64,000 nt of DNA from Ctenodactylus gundi (taxonomy: Eukaryota): the NCBI GenBank assembly GCA_048771875.1, contig CM109711.1, forward strand, positions 4,239,768 through 4,303,767. Direction: 5' to 3'. Each line of letters opens with the position of its first letter. Positions within the stretch are counted from its first letter, which is position 1. A program made the position numbers and the translations under genes. The notes beneath the pieces were generated by a model. It had not been told where the DNA came from, did not search any database, and saw nothing but the letters and a program-made list of their open reading frames with translations. Shown piece after piece: positions 12,000 through 24,500 of this stretch.

Positions 12000-13520
12000 G
12001 ATGAAGGTTTGATGTGGAGTTTAGATTTAGAAGATATTGACATAGTTCCAGTGATGGATGTGGAAGGGACTCAGGAACATTACAGGTATATAAAATGAGA
12101 AGGGGACTTCCGGGCAAGATGGCGGCCAAGGAGGAGTACTGCTCTATGGCTCCCTGCAGGCTCACTCAAAACGGTGAGATAAAGCTAAAAACTACATGGC
12201 TTCACTAAGCCAGGAGTGGGAACACAACTCTAAGAATTGAAAGGAGGCCAGGGGAATGCGGGAAACCCCGGAAACATGTCAGAAGCTGAAGAAAACACAA
12301 GTCCACGAAGCCACCCCAGGCCTCCTGGGAAAGGCCATGAACCACAGGCAAGCATGGGAACCACGGGAACCGACAGCAGCGGGTAGCCCCAGTCTCTAAA
12401 CACGAGCCTCGGTAGTGTAAACTGCAAATGCACTAGGAGCTTCCCCTTCCACATCTTACCAGAACAGCTCAGGAAAAGCAGTGCTCAGTAGCCATATGAG
12501 GCAGTGACATACACAGGAGCCAGTGGGAAAAAGCCTGGGTCTGAACTGTTTTAGCATAAAAGAAGCCACAGATGGGCCACATATACAGGATTTGGGGTAC
12601 ACTCTTAATCAGTGCCTGCAAAGGAACTGGCCCAAAAGACAGCTGCAGAGCGGGGAGAAAGGCCGCTGACCAGAAGAGAGGGGAGAAAGTCTATGGACCT
12701 GCTGAATGGTTTGGGTGGTAGCAAGGGTACCTCTGAGGGCAGAGAGCCACGCCCTCAGGGAAGGAACCCAGGATAGACAGGAGAGGTTTGCTGAGGGGCT
12801 GGGTGTGGACATGATACCTTAGAGTCCATGGGACTGTTAGGTCCTCTCCTCACTGCATACTCTGAACAAGAAACCAGAGTGCACTTTCGGCCCCGCTGGC
12901 ACACCCTGTACACCTTCTAAAAACACCTGTCAAGTAGGCTATTAAAGTTCCTCAGCAATAGAATCACAGGAAGACAAGGCACTGGGACGCATGCAGAAAC
13001 ACCTTGTAGGTCCTGACACAGGAACTCATAGGAAAAACAGTCAAAAACCAAGTAGGCCAGGTGGTTTATGTGAACAGTCAGTTCAAACAAGATATTCTTA
13101 AAGAAATACAAGTAATGATCAGTGGGCTTAAAGAGGAATTTACTACACAGTCAATGGTCCTAATGAATACAAAAATTTCTGAGCATATGTAAGACACCAA
13201 TAAAAACCTGGCTAAGGTAAATAAGATAATGCAGGATATGAAGGAACATTTTGATAGCAAAGTAGAAAATCTGAAACAATCTAGCTGATGCTCAGGAAAT
13301 AAAAAATTCATTTGAAAACAGAGGAAGTCAGCTGAAATGTTTCAAGGGCAGAATTTCACACTCTGAAGACAAGACTGATGAGACTAATGCTATAGCCAGT
13401 CATGACACGGAAGTAAGAAATGAGCCAAGCAGCAGCACGCACAGCTCTGGGATGACTCAAGGACAGCCAACCCAGGACCATGGGTGTGGGAGAAAGAGCA
13501 GAAGGCGGCACAAAAGGAGT
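12000..13520 (+). mobile_element. L1 5' region and ORF1 fragment
   Basis: Coiled-coil ORF1-like translations. The region is A-rich. Present only in copy A's inter-block region. Confidence 0.55.
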
Positions 13521-15099
13521 GAACTATATATATAATGAAATCATGGTAGAATATTTCACTAACCTAGAAAAGTAAATTATTATTCAGGTACAAGAAGGTT
13601 CTAGAATACCACACAACTATAAGCAGAAAAGAAACTCGTCACAACACATCATAATCAAATCCTCAGAAATTCAAAACAAAGAGAGAATATTAAGTGCACT
13701 AAGAGAAAAAAAAGCCTTTTTTTTTTGAGACAGGGTCTTACTCTATAGCCCAGATGGGTTCTGAACTCACTATGGTGTCCAGACTGGCCTTAGACTCACT
13801 GCAATCCTCCTGCCTCAGCGTCTCAAGTGCTGGGATTACAGGCATGCGCCACCACATCCAGATGATGTGGTGCTAGGGAATTGAAGTTAAGTACTTATAC
13901 TTGACTCAGTGGTTTCTAGGCAAGAGCATAAACCATTGAGCCATTCCTCCAGCTTGGGACAGACATTATTTTATTAAGGAAAAGCCATCAAAATTACTGG
14001 GAATTTCTCAACGTAAATACTGAAGGGGAGTAGAGCCTTGAATGAATTCTTTCAGGCTTTAAAGGAAACCAAGTGTTAACCTGGGTTGCACCCAGCAAAA
14101 TTATTCCTGTAAAACTGAAAAAGCAAAAAGTTATTACAACCTAGAAACTCTACATAGATTTGCAACCACTAGCCCCGTATTGCAGAAAATGCCAGAAGCA
14201 ATCTCAGACAGAGACAGAGAGAAGAGCAGCACCAAAGAACACACAAGAAAGGAAACATCAGAAGGGAAAGTGTAACAAAAAGAAAAAAACAAAAAGAATC
14301 AACACTAGAAGAACAGGGCAATGACAAGGTGTAGCAAAAATCTTCCAAAAATTACTTTCAGTGCTAATGGACTTAACTTATGAATCAAAAGACACAGACT
14401 GGAGGAGTGGATCAAAAAGCAAAACCCAACCATTTGTTGTTGGCTAGACACCCCCTTCACACAGAAAAAAGCACACAGACTGAAATTCAAAGATGGAAAC
14501 TAACACTACATGTTATGGGAGCCTGAAATGAACCAGAGTAGATATGGTAATCTCAGACACGGAAGACACTGCAGATGGACACTATATAGTGGTAAAAGGA
14601 ACAACCCAACAGGAAGAGCTCACAATTGTAAACATACATGCACTTATGCACTCAATGTATGTGTATGCAATTACATAAAATAGAAACTTCTGGACACAAA
14701 AGGCCAAACAGATCCCAATACAATCATATCTGAAGACTCTGATACTGCACTCTCACAAACAGAAAGGAGAACCCAACAACAACAACAAAAAAAATCAAGG
14801 AACATCAGAGCTAGGTCACTCCATGGATAAAATGGACTTAACAGATATCTACAGAGTGTTTTATCCAGATAGCTAGTGTGTACTATTCAACATCAACAGA
14901 ACATGCCTTTATCTCAGCAGCACATGGAACTTTTTCCAAAACAGACTGTAACACTGGACATAAGACATACTTAATACAAAAGAATTGAAATCATTCCCTG
15001 CATATATTAATATCAGAAGTGAATGAAACTAGAAATCAACAACAAAAGAAACTATAGAAAGTATACAAGTACATGGACGTTAAATAATACATTATTGCG

Positions 15100-15300
15100 C
15101 AGGAGAAATGGCACAGTGGTTAAAGTGCAAAGTCATGAGTTTGATTCCCCAGCACCATATAAAGCCTAGGACTTGACGGTGCATGGCTGTAAGCCCAGCA
15201 CTCAGAGGCTAAGGCAGGATTGCCATGAATCCAAGGTTAGCGTGAGCTACACAGTGAGTTCAGGGCCAGCCAGGGGTACAGCGAGACTCTGTCTCAATAA
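15100..15300 (+). mobile_element. ID/B1-type SINE
   Basis: ggagaaatggcacagtggttaaagtgc...gattccccagcacc...cccagcactcagaggctaaggcaggattgcc, with an (AAATA)n tail. Confidence 0.6.
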
Positions 15301-15714
15301 ATGAGTAAATAAATGAATAAATAAATATAAAAAACATTGAGAAAGCAATGGATCACAGAGGAAACCAAGAAAGAAATTAAAAGCTTCCTAACTCAAATGA
15401 CAATGGAAATATGTTGTAAGTATATCACACATGTTATATATGTTATACGTATTTGTTATAAGTACTAAGAGGGAAATTTATAGCTATGAATGCACACATA
15501 AAAAAAACCCTGAGGAATCTAAAATTAACAATCTAATGATGTAGCTCAGAGTCCTAGAGAAGGAAGAACAAGCCAAAACCAAAAGCAGTAGAGGGAAGGA
15601 AATTACAAGAATCAGAATGGAGATCAATAAAATTGTAACTAAAAATAAAATACAAAAAGATCAATGAATAAAAGACTTTGTTGTTCAGAAGAATAAATAA
15701 AATTGGTAAGCCTG

Positions 15715-15965
15715 GGGCTGGAGGAATGGCTCAGCGGTTAAAGTGCTTAGTCAGCAAGCGCTGCTAAGTCAAGTGCTAAGTACCTGAGTTCGATTCCCCT
15801 GCACCACATAAGCTGGGCATGGTGGTGCACACCTATAATCCCAGCACTCGGGAGGCTGAGGCAGGAGGATTGTCGTGAGTCCAAGGCCAGCTTGGGCTCC
15901 ATAGTGAGTTCAGGACCAGCCTGGACTACACAGCGAGACCCTGTCTCAAAAATAAAATAAAATAA
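15715..15965 (+). mobile_element. ID/B1-type SINE
   Basis: ggctggaggaatggctcagcggttaaagtgcttag..cgattcccctgcaccac..cccagcactcgggaggctgaggcaggaggattg, with an (AAAAT)n tail. Confidence 0.6.
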
Positions 15966-16399
15966 AATTGATAAACCTGTAGCCAAACTCACCAAAAGAA
16001 GGGAAGAAAATATCCACATCTATGCAATTAGAAATTTAAAAAGTGGGGCTGGAGGAGCTGCTCAGTGGTTAGAGTGCTTGCATAGGAAGCTCAGGGCTCT
16101 GGGTTTGATTCCCTGGTACTGCATAACCAAGGTGTGGTGGCACTTGTCTGTAGTTCAGGGCCTGAGGCAGGAGGATAGCCATGTGTTTGAGGCCAGCTGG
16201 GGTTACATGGGAGCTCAAAACTAGCCTGGACTAATGAATGAGACCTTAAGCTGGAGCATGGTGGCACAAGTCAGCAGCCCAGCATGTGGAAGGCTAAGGC
16301 GGAAGGATTGGTGGAAGTTCAAGGCTAACTTGACCTACATAGTGAGTTCAGGACCAGTACAGACAGAACAGTAGGAGCCTGTATGAAAAAATATAATTT

Positions 16400-17460
16400 A
16401 ATAAACACAGACAAAAGTAAAAACTGAGCTGAGGTTGTAGCTCAGTGTGAAGACCAGATATTGGATCTTCATGACTATGGGGGAAAAAAATGAAAAAAGT
16501 GAAATCACAACAGACACTACTGAAATCCATAGGATTACCCAACAGTATTTTGAAAACCTATATTCCAAAAATTCAAGATATGAATAAATTCCTAGATGTT
16601 TATAATATACCAAAATTGAACCAAGAATATATAAAAACTCTGAATACAGCAAGAGCCAGGAATAAAATTCAGACAATAATAAAGGGTCTACCAACAACGA
16701 AAAGGCCAGGACCTGAAGATTCATGGCAGACTTTATCAGATGGTAAAGGAGGAGTTAGAGCCACTGCCCCTTAAGTTCTTCCATTAAACTGCTAGAGAGG
16801 GAACACTGCTAAATTCCTTCCTAGAAGTAAGTATCACCTTGATCCCCAAACAAGATAAACAGCCAACCTGGAACAAACATGAAAAACCAATTTCCTTTAT
16901 GAATATTGATACAAAAAGATCTTAATAAGATCTTTGCAAACAAAATGGCAACAAATTATTAAACAGATAATACAGAATGGTCAACTTGGCTTCATCCTGG
17001 GGTTGAAAGGATGGTTCAACACATGTAGCTTGTAACTAACTCAATTAATGTAATACACCATATAAACAAAAACAAGGACAAAAATCACATGATGATCTCA
17101 ACAGATGCAGAAAAAGCCTTTGGCAAAATCCAATATCCCTTCCTAATCAGAACTCTGATGAAAATAAGTACCGAAGGATATTACCTCAAGCTGATAAAAG
17201 CAATCTATGAGAATCCAACTCTGAACCTTATTCTATGTGGGAAATACTGAAAGCATTTCTCCTAAAATCAGGAATACGACAATGGTGTCCCCTCTCACCA
17301 ATCCTTTTGAACGTAATGCTCTAAGCCACAACAGATCAGGCTCAAAAAGGAGTCATCCATGCTAAAAGTTCTACACAGCCAAGCCGAAACTGCTCTTCCT
17401 AGCATAAAGAGGTAACAACCAAATTCGCCAGAGGCCAGATTCACTTGGCATGATAACAAA
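16400..17460 (+). mobile_element. L1 ORF2 (5' part) fragment
   Basis: ORF 16490..16774 and neighbouring frames resemble the start of L1 ORF2 (..NQEYIKTLNTA...KGLPTKKSPGPD-like). Confidence 0.6.
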
Positions 17461-17699
17461 GGTAACCTCAAGTAACTCGATGCTGTCCTCCTACTCCCTC
17501 TCCCTGTAACACCTCCCGAGGTGAGAAGATCACTTTGGAGAAGGCCGATCCCCTCCTGTCTCCAACCTGCCTGTGTTATAACACCAACGCCTTCTGCTCA
17601 GCCTCCCGGGGCATTCACTCTAAGCTACGGCCTGAAGTGTTGCCCGACGCTAGAACAGCGTCAGCCACTCAAGACCTTTACACTGTACTTCTGTCCTTT

Positions 17700-18637
17700 G
17701 GCAGGTAGAACGTAATGTCCAACCGGGGCCCGACCCGGAGCTCCGAAGGACCGACCATCCTCACCGGAGGGACACGCGTGGACTTCGCAGCTGAACCCTC
17801 AAGGGATCGGCGCGAGCGTGACCAGGCAACCCGTAAGGCAGGACTGCAACGCTCGCTCCGAACAGCTGGCTGCCAAGTTACGAAGCGAGGTTGGCGGCGC
17901 TGGCGTCCTCGGCGCGGACACGAGACACGCGGGGCCACACGGCGGCTCTGGCTCGGTGAGACGTGCGCGACGCGTGACGGCACAGTGACTGCGCCCAGCC
18001 GGGGCGGGCGGCTCCGGTCCACGGAACCGACCCGACGTGGCAGCACGGCTGCTGCGTGACCACCTCGGCCTCAGGCGCAAAAAACTTCTGAAAAGATCAG
18101 CAGCCGTTCAGAGCAATCCGCTTCCTGATACTTTCAGCATTAAAGAGGCGAAAAGCGTACTCAGCGCTGGGAAGTTTTTGGATCCAGCGACCAAGCGGCT
18201 CCGACCACTGTCTCCTTGCTTCGTACCAAGATCGGAGCTGCAGGGGTCGCGGCGACTCTGCACGCACGGAAATGTACGCGCGGGAACCCCAGAGTCTGGA
18301 CACGAAAGGAGCCCGGCGGGCACGGACGTTTCCCGCAACACAACGCCTCGAGCTTCCGGTGTCCGCCGGTGCCTAAGCTCGACCTCAGCGGCTCCGCGGC
18401 CAACGCCCTTGCGCCTGCGTCCTCGGCCGGGGGAAGCTTTAACGTGACGGACGGGATGTGAGCTTTAGAACGCGGGCTGGGGAAGAGCTACGATCAGGGG
18501 CTTCCGGCGATGCAGAGTCGTGATTGGTGAATCCTGGGAGGGGGGCGGGGCGCCGGGCAATTCGAATTAGAGAGGCGGGTCCGAAGCCGTGAGAGGAATG
18601 GACGCTGGGGCTTCGGTCCCGTCGTTCCCGACGGGAG
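17700..18637 (+). promoter_or_regulatory. Orphan duplicate of the KIF22 CpG-island promoter (copy A)
   Basis: Essentially identical to 40126-41062, with identical ORF-track translations across about 1 kb. Carries CCAAT (ATTGG at 18523-18527), a GC box (18541-18550) and a CHR-like TTCGAA (18561-18566) upstream of the duplicated ATG. Confidence 0.7.
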
Positions 18638-18656
18638 ATGGCTGCGGCCACCTCAG
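18638..18656 (+). pseudogene. Orphan duplicate of KIF22 coding exon 1 (ATGGCTGCGGCCACCTCAG|gtacgt) with no downstream KIF22 exons
   Basis: Identical to the genuine exon 1 at 41063-41081, including the GT donor. Downstream homology ends at about 18850, where L1 and SINE sequence begins. Confidence 0.65.
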
Positions 18657-18815
18657 GTACGTGGGTCGTGCGAGGGTGAGGCGCGCACCAAAATCTGAAG
18701 CGGATTGAGTTGACAGTACAGTCAGGGAAATAAAGGACTGTTTCCTCAAAGCCCTTGCTGTGGAACTGAATGCGATTTAGTCAGAAAGACGGTTAACACC
18801 TTCAAAATCCTGTAT

Positions 18816-19020
18816 GTGCATATTTGCTTACGTCTACCTCTTGTTGCTGTTGGTATCTTATATGACCCAGCTACAGCTCTTCTGCGAATCTTCCCAAAAG
18901 AGTTAAAGTCGTCATACAGTAGTAATACATGCAAACCCATGTGTATAGCAGCACAATTTATAACAGCCAAATCTTGGGAGAATCCAATGTGCTCCAGAAC
19001 AGACACCTGTATAAAAAAGA
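18816..19020 (+). mobile_element. L1 ORF2 C-terminal fragment at the distal edge of block II, copy A
   Basis: Translation ..IFPKELKSSY..CKPMCIAAQFITAKSWENPMCS.TDTCIKKMW resembles the L1 ORF2 C-terminus. Confidence 0.6.
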
Positions 19021-19021
19021 T

Positions 19022-19260
19022 GTGGTGAAGGAATGGCTCAGCGATTAAAGCACTTGCCCAGCAAGCGCTAAGTCAGACGCTAAGTACCCGAGTTTGATTC
19101 CCCAGCACCACACAAGCTGGGCGTGGTGACCCACGCCTGTAATTCCAGCACTATGGAGGCTGAGACAGGAGAATTGAATTGAGTCCAGTGTCAGCCTGGG
19201 CTCCATAGTGAGTTCAGGACCAGCCTGGGCTACAGAGCGGGGACCTGTCTTTAAAAGAAA
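19022..19260 (+). mobile_element. ID/B1-type SINE directly after block II, copy A
   Basis: ggtgaaggaatggctcagcgattaaagcac..gattccccagcaccac..cagcactatggaggctgagacagg. Confidence 0.6.
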
Positions 19261-21119
19261 AAGATGTGGTAAGGATTGCTGGCAGTCCTGGGCTCAAGAC
19301 CAGCCTGGGAAACAGCGAAATCCTGTCTCATAAATAAATAAATAAATGTAAGAGATATGGAAGAAATAAAGTGAAAAGATGGACTTTGGGGAGAGGGAAA
19401 ATGACAGTGGGGTGGTGAGAGGGTAAGAAGGGGAAAGGGATGCATTATGTAAATAAAAGAACTAATAAAAATTAAGAGTAACAAATGCCTTGGGGGAAAA
19501 AAGATCCCCTTCTTGATATCATTGGGTGGCCAGGGAATATGAACGGTGTGTAACTTTAAAATGTCATTGTGCTCTGTGGGTCACTTTGGGCCTGAGTTCT
19601 GACAAATACACATAAACATATACACTGTAATTGTAACTAGCAAAGCCTGCTTTGGTGGACCCTTCCTCTCTCTTTAACCTTCAGGCAGGAGGTATGGATT
19701 TAGACTAAGTGCTTAGACTAGGGCCTCCTAAAGTCTACCTACCCTCCTAGCAAAGTAAGACTGGGAAGGAGGAGATAGGGAAACTCACCATTTGTTGTTG
19801 GTTTGTTTTGTTTTCATCTCCTTTATTAACTTAAAACTTTGAGAAAGATCCCTGGGGAGCCATGCAGGTAAGTACGCTAATCACTCAGCCGAGTGTCTGT
19901 ATTACAAGGATCATCAGCCCTAACTTTACCTAATCTGTCTCCTTCCCTTCTAGACCCTAGACACTGTCACACAAGTGAAGTGATTTTTAGGGACCGTCAT
20001 TTTCCAGCTAGCACACCCTCCAGACCACCCAGGAGCGATGCCTAAAATGTTTTCAAATCGCCAATCACCTTGCAGAGGCCTTGCTGTCCACTCTGTGATA
20101 AGATCCTATCCCCCTAAGTAGGTGCTATTGCCCCCCACTGTGACCCCAGAACAGCAGTTAGAGTGTCCAGTAAGCATAAGGCCCTGGTTTGATTCCCTAG
20201 CACCACCTAAGAAGACTGTGGTGCTGTACTTCTATAATCTCCGTACTTGGGAGACTGAGGCAGGAGGATTGCCCTGCATTAGAGGCCAGTTTGGGCTACA
20301 TAATGGGTACACATCCACCAGGACTATATATGCAGAGAAACTGAGTCTCAAAAATACATAAAATAAAAACAAATATAATGAAGTTCCTATGCTGGGCCTA
20401 GTGGCACACGATTCTTAGCACTCTGGAAGGCTGAGGCAGGAACATTGCAAATTTGAGGACAGCCTGGGAAACTTAGAAACATAGTGAGGTCCTTTCTCCA
20501 AATAAGAAACAATAACAGCCTGGGATTTATCTGAGTGAGAAGGTGCTGGATTCAGTCCCTAATAGGGCACAACAATAAAACCCCTGATGTTTCCAACCCT
20601 ACCTTCATGTGTGGCACCCGGCCACATGTCTCACATGGGTGCACAGCCAATCAGAACTTTAAAAAAAATTTAAAAGACCTTTTGCTGGTAGAAACCTCTC
20701 GCTGTCTACGCAGAACTACTCTCCGGAGTGCACGTTCACTGCACAGACTCACTCCAACAACGCTGCTGAGTGCTTTTCAGCCATTTGCAGGGGAGGGTGC
20801 TTAGAAAGAGCTGCGACCTTGTCCACTTGGTCTGAGCAGCTTCTTGTTTGGGTCAACAAGGACTAGGGACAGAGCTTTGACTATCCAGGTGGCTCTGCCA
20901 GTTTTGGCTCGGGTCATTAAGGACTCAGAAAGAGCTGGCCTCTACAATTCTTTGTTCTGCTCATCAAGGATCTAGAAAAGAGCTGTAATACTTCTGGTAA
21001 CTCCCATGGCAACCTTTGGTTAGAACACCCAGGACTGGAAAGACACACCACCCTTCAGGCCCACCATGTCAGTAACAAGAGAAGTGACTTGAGTTAAGGT
21101 CCCCATCTCCCTCCCTTTT

Positions 21120-22110
21120 TTCCCAGTATTTTTATTAATAAACACATGCAATATATAATGTTTACAATGAATTTGAGTATTTTCTGCACACATATATCAA
21201 CTTTACATTCTCTTCCCATTTTTGACCCTCCCACACTCTCCCCTTCTTTTCCCCCCAATTCCAGCTATCACCTCATGTGGTTCTATAGAATGTCTGTATT
21301 CTGGGTTTCCCAAGTCAGAGAGACTGTTCAGTACTTAACATATTTAATCTTCTGCATCTGAATCATTTCACTTAAATCTCCACTCTTTAGCTTAGCTTCC
21401 TATTCCTCGAATGGGCTGCAGTGGTCAAATCTCATGCCTCTTCTCTGAGTCTAGCCAATCCTTTTATTGAGATATTTGCTAAAAGTTCTTTTGGGTTTTT
21501 TTTTTTCCTATATTTTGCTGTATCTTTGTTGAGATTCTTAAACCTGGCCTCACCCACCAGTCCACATAAGAAAAGAACTACAACCATGTAAATCAAAAGG
21601 CTAGTAAATATGAGAAAGAAAAAGAAAAGTTAAATTTCAAATGCCTTAGCTGATTACTGGAAGATACATGTTTGTACATTCAAAGGGTTGTCTTTACATC
21701 AATCAGTTTTCTTAGGATAAACTTACATCAAACACCTAATTAGTGAATTGCTACAGTAAACCAATTTGAACTATATCACATACATATACTTAAAGTAACT
21801 ATATCACATACATATAAAGTAATTTAGCTATTTCAGAATTTTTAACTTTCATAACTTATTTACTCACTGATTAACATTTTGATAGATTTGGTTTATAATT
21901 TTATTTGCCTATTCATATATGCATGCATATCTATTTTTATAAGATTTTATGTTGGGAGGGTGGGGTAGGTAGGGGGAGGGACAAAAGGAGAGTGGCAAAG
22001 CAGCCCTTGTCACCTTGACAAGATACGAATGTGCACAAAATGCCCAACCTCATTGTAAACCTTGAATTTTGCATGTATACATATCAATAAAATGTGGGGA
22101 AAAATAAAAA
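21120..22110. mobile_element. Two inverted L1 3'-UTR fragments (21120-21360 minus, 21940-22110 plus) flanking AT-rich sequence
   Basis: Sequence family shared with 4587-4758 and 47870-48130. Confidence 0.5.
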
Positions 22111-22199
22111 TAAAAAATAAAAAGATTTTATGTCAATTCCTCATGTTACATGTAATTATTCTGTTTTGCACACTACTATACTATTACTAATAATGATGT

Positions 22200-24500
22200 G
22201 GGGAGATTTCACAGATTTTCTAGAACAGCTGGTACTGTTTTAGAAGTATGTCAATCAAATGATTTAAATACCAGTCTATCATTTTATTACATTTTCTCTT
22301 TAGATATTACCTTTCCTCCAAGTTATTTTGGTGCTGCTTATCTTTCTGCCTCTCTTAAAGAGGATAAACTCACACTCAACTTTAAAAAAGTGAATTGCTA
22401 CATTAAACAAGCTTAAGACTTTCTCGATTTGCTACATTAAATGGACTTAAATCTGTATCACATAAGTATACTATAGTTAAAGCAACAGAAAAGTATGCTT
22501 AGTTATTTCAGATTTTTTAACATTCATATATTGTTTACTCATATTTCACTAATTATTAACATTTTGCCCAATTTGATTGATCCTTTTACCTATCTATTCA
22601 TCCCTAACTTCATGCATGCATGTTTTTAAAGATTTTATACCATTTGCCCATATTGATTAGGTGTTTCCTATCCTCCATGTTTTTTCAGTGCTGCTTGCTT
22701 CTCTGCTTCTCTCAAATATTCTTTCAAGTAATATCTGCAATGCTGGGGTAGTTCTTGCAAATTTCTTAAGGGATTCTTGGTTATGAAAAAATTTTCTTCT
22801 TAAATTTTCAGGGATAATTTTGCTGGATAAAACAACCTGGGTTGACACTTGCTATTTTTTAATGCTTGAAGGATCCTGCTCCAGGCTTTCCTAGCTTTTA
22901 AAGTTTGCCTTGAGAAATCTGCAGTAAATCAAATGGGTTTGCCTTGGTAGAATAATGTCTGTTTTTGTCTTGCTGCGTTTTGTATTTTCTTTTTATGTTG
23001 TATCTCTGAGGTTTTGATTATGATATGTCATGGCGAGGCGAGTCTCATTGCTGGTTGAAGTTATTTGGTGTTTTATAACCTCCTTGTATCTAGAAGTCAA
23101 TTTCTTTTCCTAGGCTAGGGAAATTTTCTTGCGCTATTGCCGTGAATAAATTCTTTACACCTTTGGTGCTGTCTTCTGCTCTTTCTCTCACACCCATATT
23201 TCTGATGTTCGTTCTCTTTAAATCATCCATCAGCTGGTGTATCCAGCTACTTTGCTCATTTCTAACTTTTCAGCCTTGCCTAATTATATCTTTTGTTTCC
23301 TCAGCCTCTCTTCAGGGTCTAAAACTGTGTCCTCACAATATATGAGTCATCTTTCCCTGTTGTTACATGTAATTTTCCTGTCCTCAGTTTCATCTAGATT
23401 TCTTTTTATATTGTCCACTTCTCTATTAAAATGTTCCTTCACATCTCTTATTTCTTTATTTACCTCAGCCAACTTCTTATTTGTGGCCTCAATATGCTCA
23501 GTGAACTTTGTCTCCACTAGAAATATTATTTACTTAGTAAGATCCTCTTTCAGCTTTCTGATCAATACTTGCATTTCTTTGAGAATATCTTGTCTGAACT
23601 GGTTGTTTGATTCACATATTTGCTTTTTGACTTCTTTCCCTATGAGTTCCACTATTTCAGGGCCCAGGCCATTAGTATCTGGGGTCTCAGTCATCTCTGT
23701 GGGTGCCCAGTTGCCCTGTCTTCTGCCCACGTTTCTGGTGTTGAGGGATTTCACTTTAGAGGCTTAGCCATGAGATTCCTTTGAATGGCTATGATGGTGT
23801 GTTATGGAGAGCCACAGTTCTTCTTAGTTCTGTGCTGGGAAAAGGTGTTGAGGGGGACCTGAGAGTCTGATGGCCTTTGAGGTGTCTTGTTCCCTGCGGC
23901 CCCTCAGCAAAGCTCTCCTACCTGTCCTGGCTTCCCTCTCCAGGGAGGGCTCTCCACCTTTGGAGGTGTGGCCACTACACTGAGCCATTCAGGAGATCAG
24001 CAGCCTTTTCCCCCCCTTTGCTCCTCTCTCTGATTCTTGTGCCAGTTTTTCGTAGGCGCTGTTTAATGGTGACCCCAAAAGTCCTGATGTGCTTTTCTCA
24101 GCTTTCTTTTACTCTAAAGGGTTCAGTCTTGGGCTTTTTATTTTCCTTCTTTTTTAAATGGCTCCTGCTTATGTAACTGCCTGTTATGGCTGCTGAGTGT
24201 GGCTTCTGGTCTGGACTCCCAGGGGCCTTTTCTAGCAGGAGCACAGGTTGTGTTTGCAGTAAACACTACCCTTTGGCTTGTATTTTGAAGGCTGGGGCTG
24301 CCAGCTGCCAACAATTTCCACTTCTCCTGGGTCCGTGCCAACCTCAAACTGAGGTTCTGGCTCCGGGCTTTCCTCTGACTGTGGTCTGTGGATGCTTGTA
24401 GCTCAGAGCCGGCCAACTCGGCTGTTGTTTTTCTCCACTTCCGATATGTCTTCCAGATTTCTGACCTTCCTGTAGCCTCCTGTCAGTTCTTGGGGCGATC
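22200..24500 (-). mobile_element. L1 fragment (ORF1 region) in antisense
   Basis: Minus-strand ORF 23530..23754 is an L1 ORF1-like coiled coil (..QDILKEMQVLIRKLKEDLTK). The plus-strand ORF 23237..23767 is low-complexity antisense of it. Confidence 0.5.

Larger units (their letters stand above)
17230..18850 (+). repeat. Segmental duplication block II, copy A (L1 tail plus KIF22 promoter and exon 1); paralogous to 39655-41650
   Basis: Offset is about 22.4 kb and identity about 99-100%. Identical translated ORFs are seen at 17521..18461 and 39947..40887. Confidence 0.85.

Noticed and set aside
17678-18461. ORFs of 93-136 aa on both strands in the KIF22 promoter CpG island, and their identical duplicates at 40104..40887
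   Set aside because: GC-content artefacts (Arg/Pro/Ala-rich). Their exact duplication reflects the segmental duplication, not conservation of coding sequence.
23237-23767. 176-aa plus-strand ORF rich in Leu/Ser/Phe
   Set aside because: It is the antisense strand of an L1 ORF1 fragment. It has low complexity and no start-codon context.
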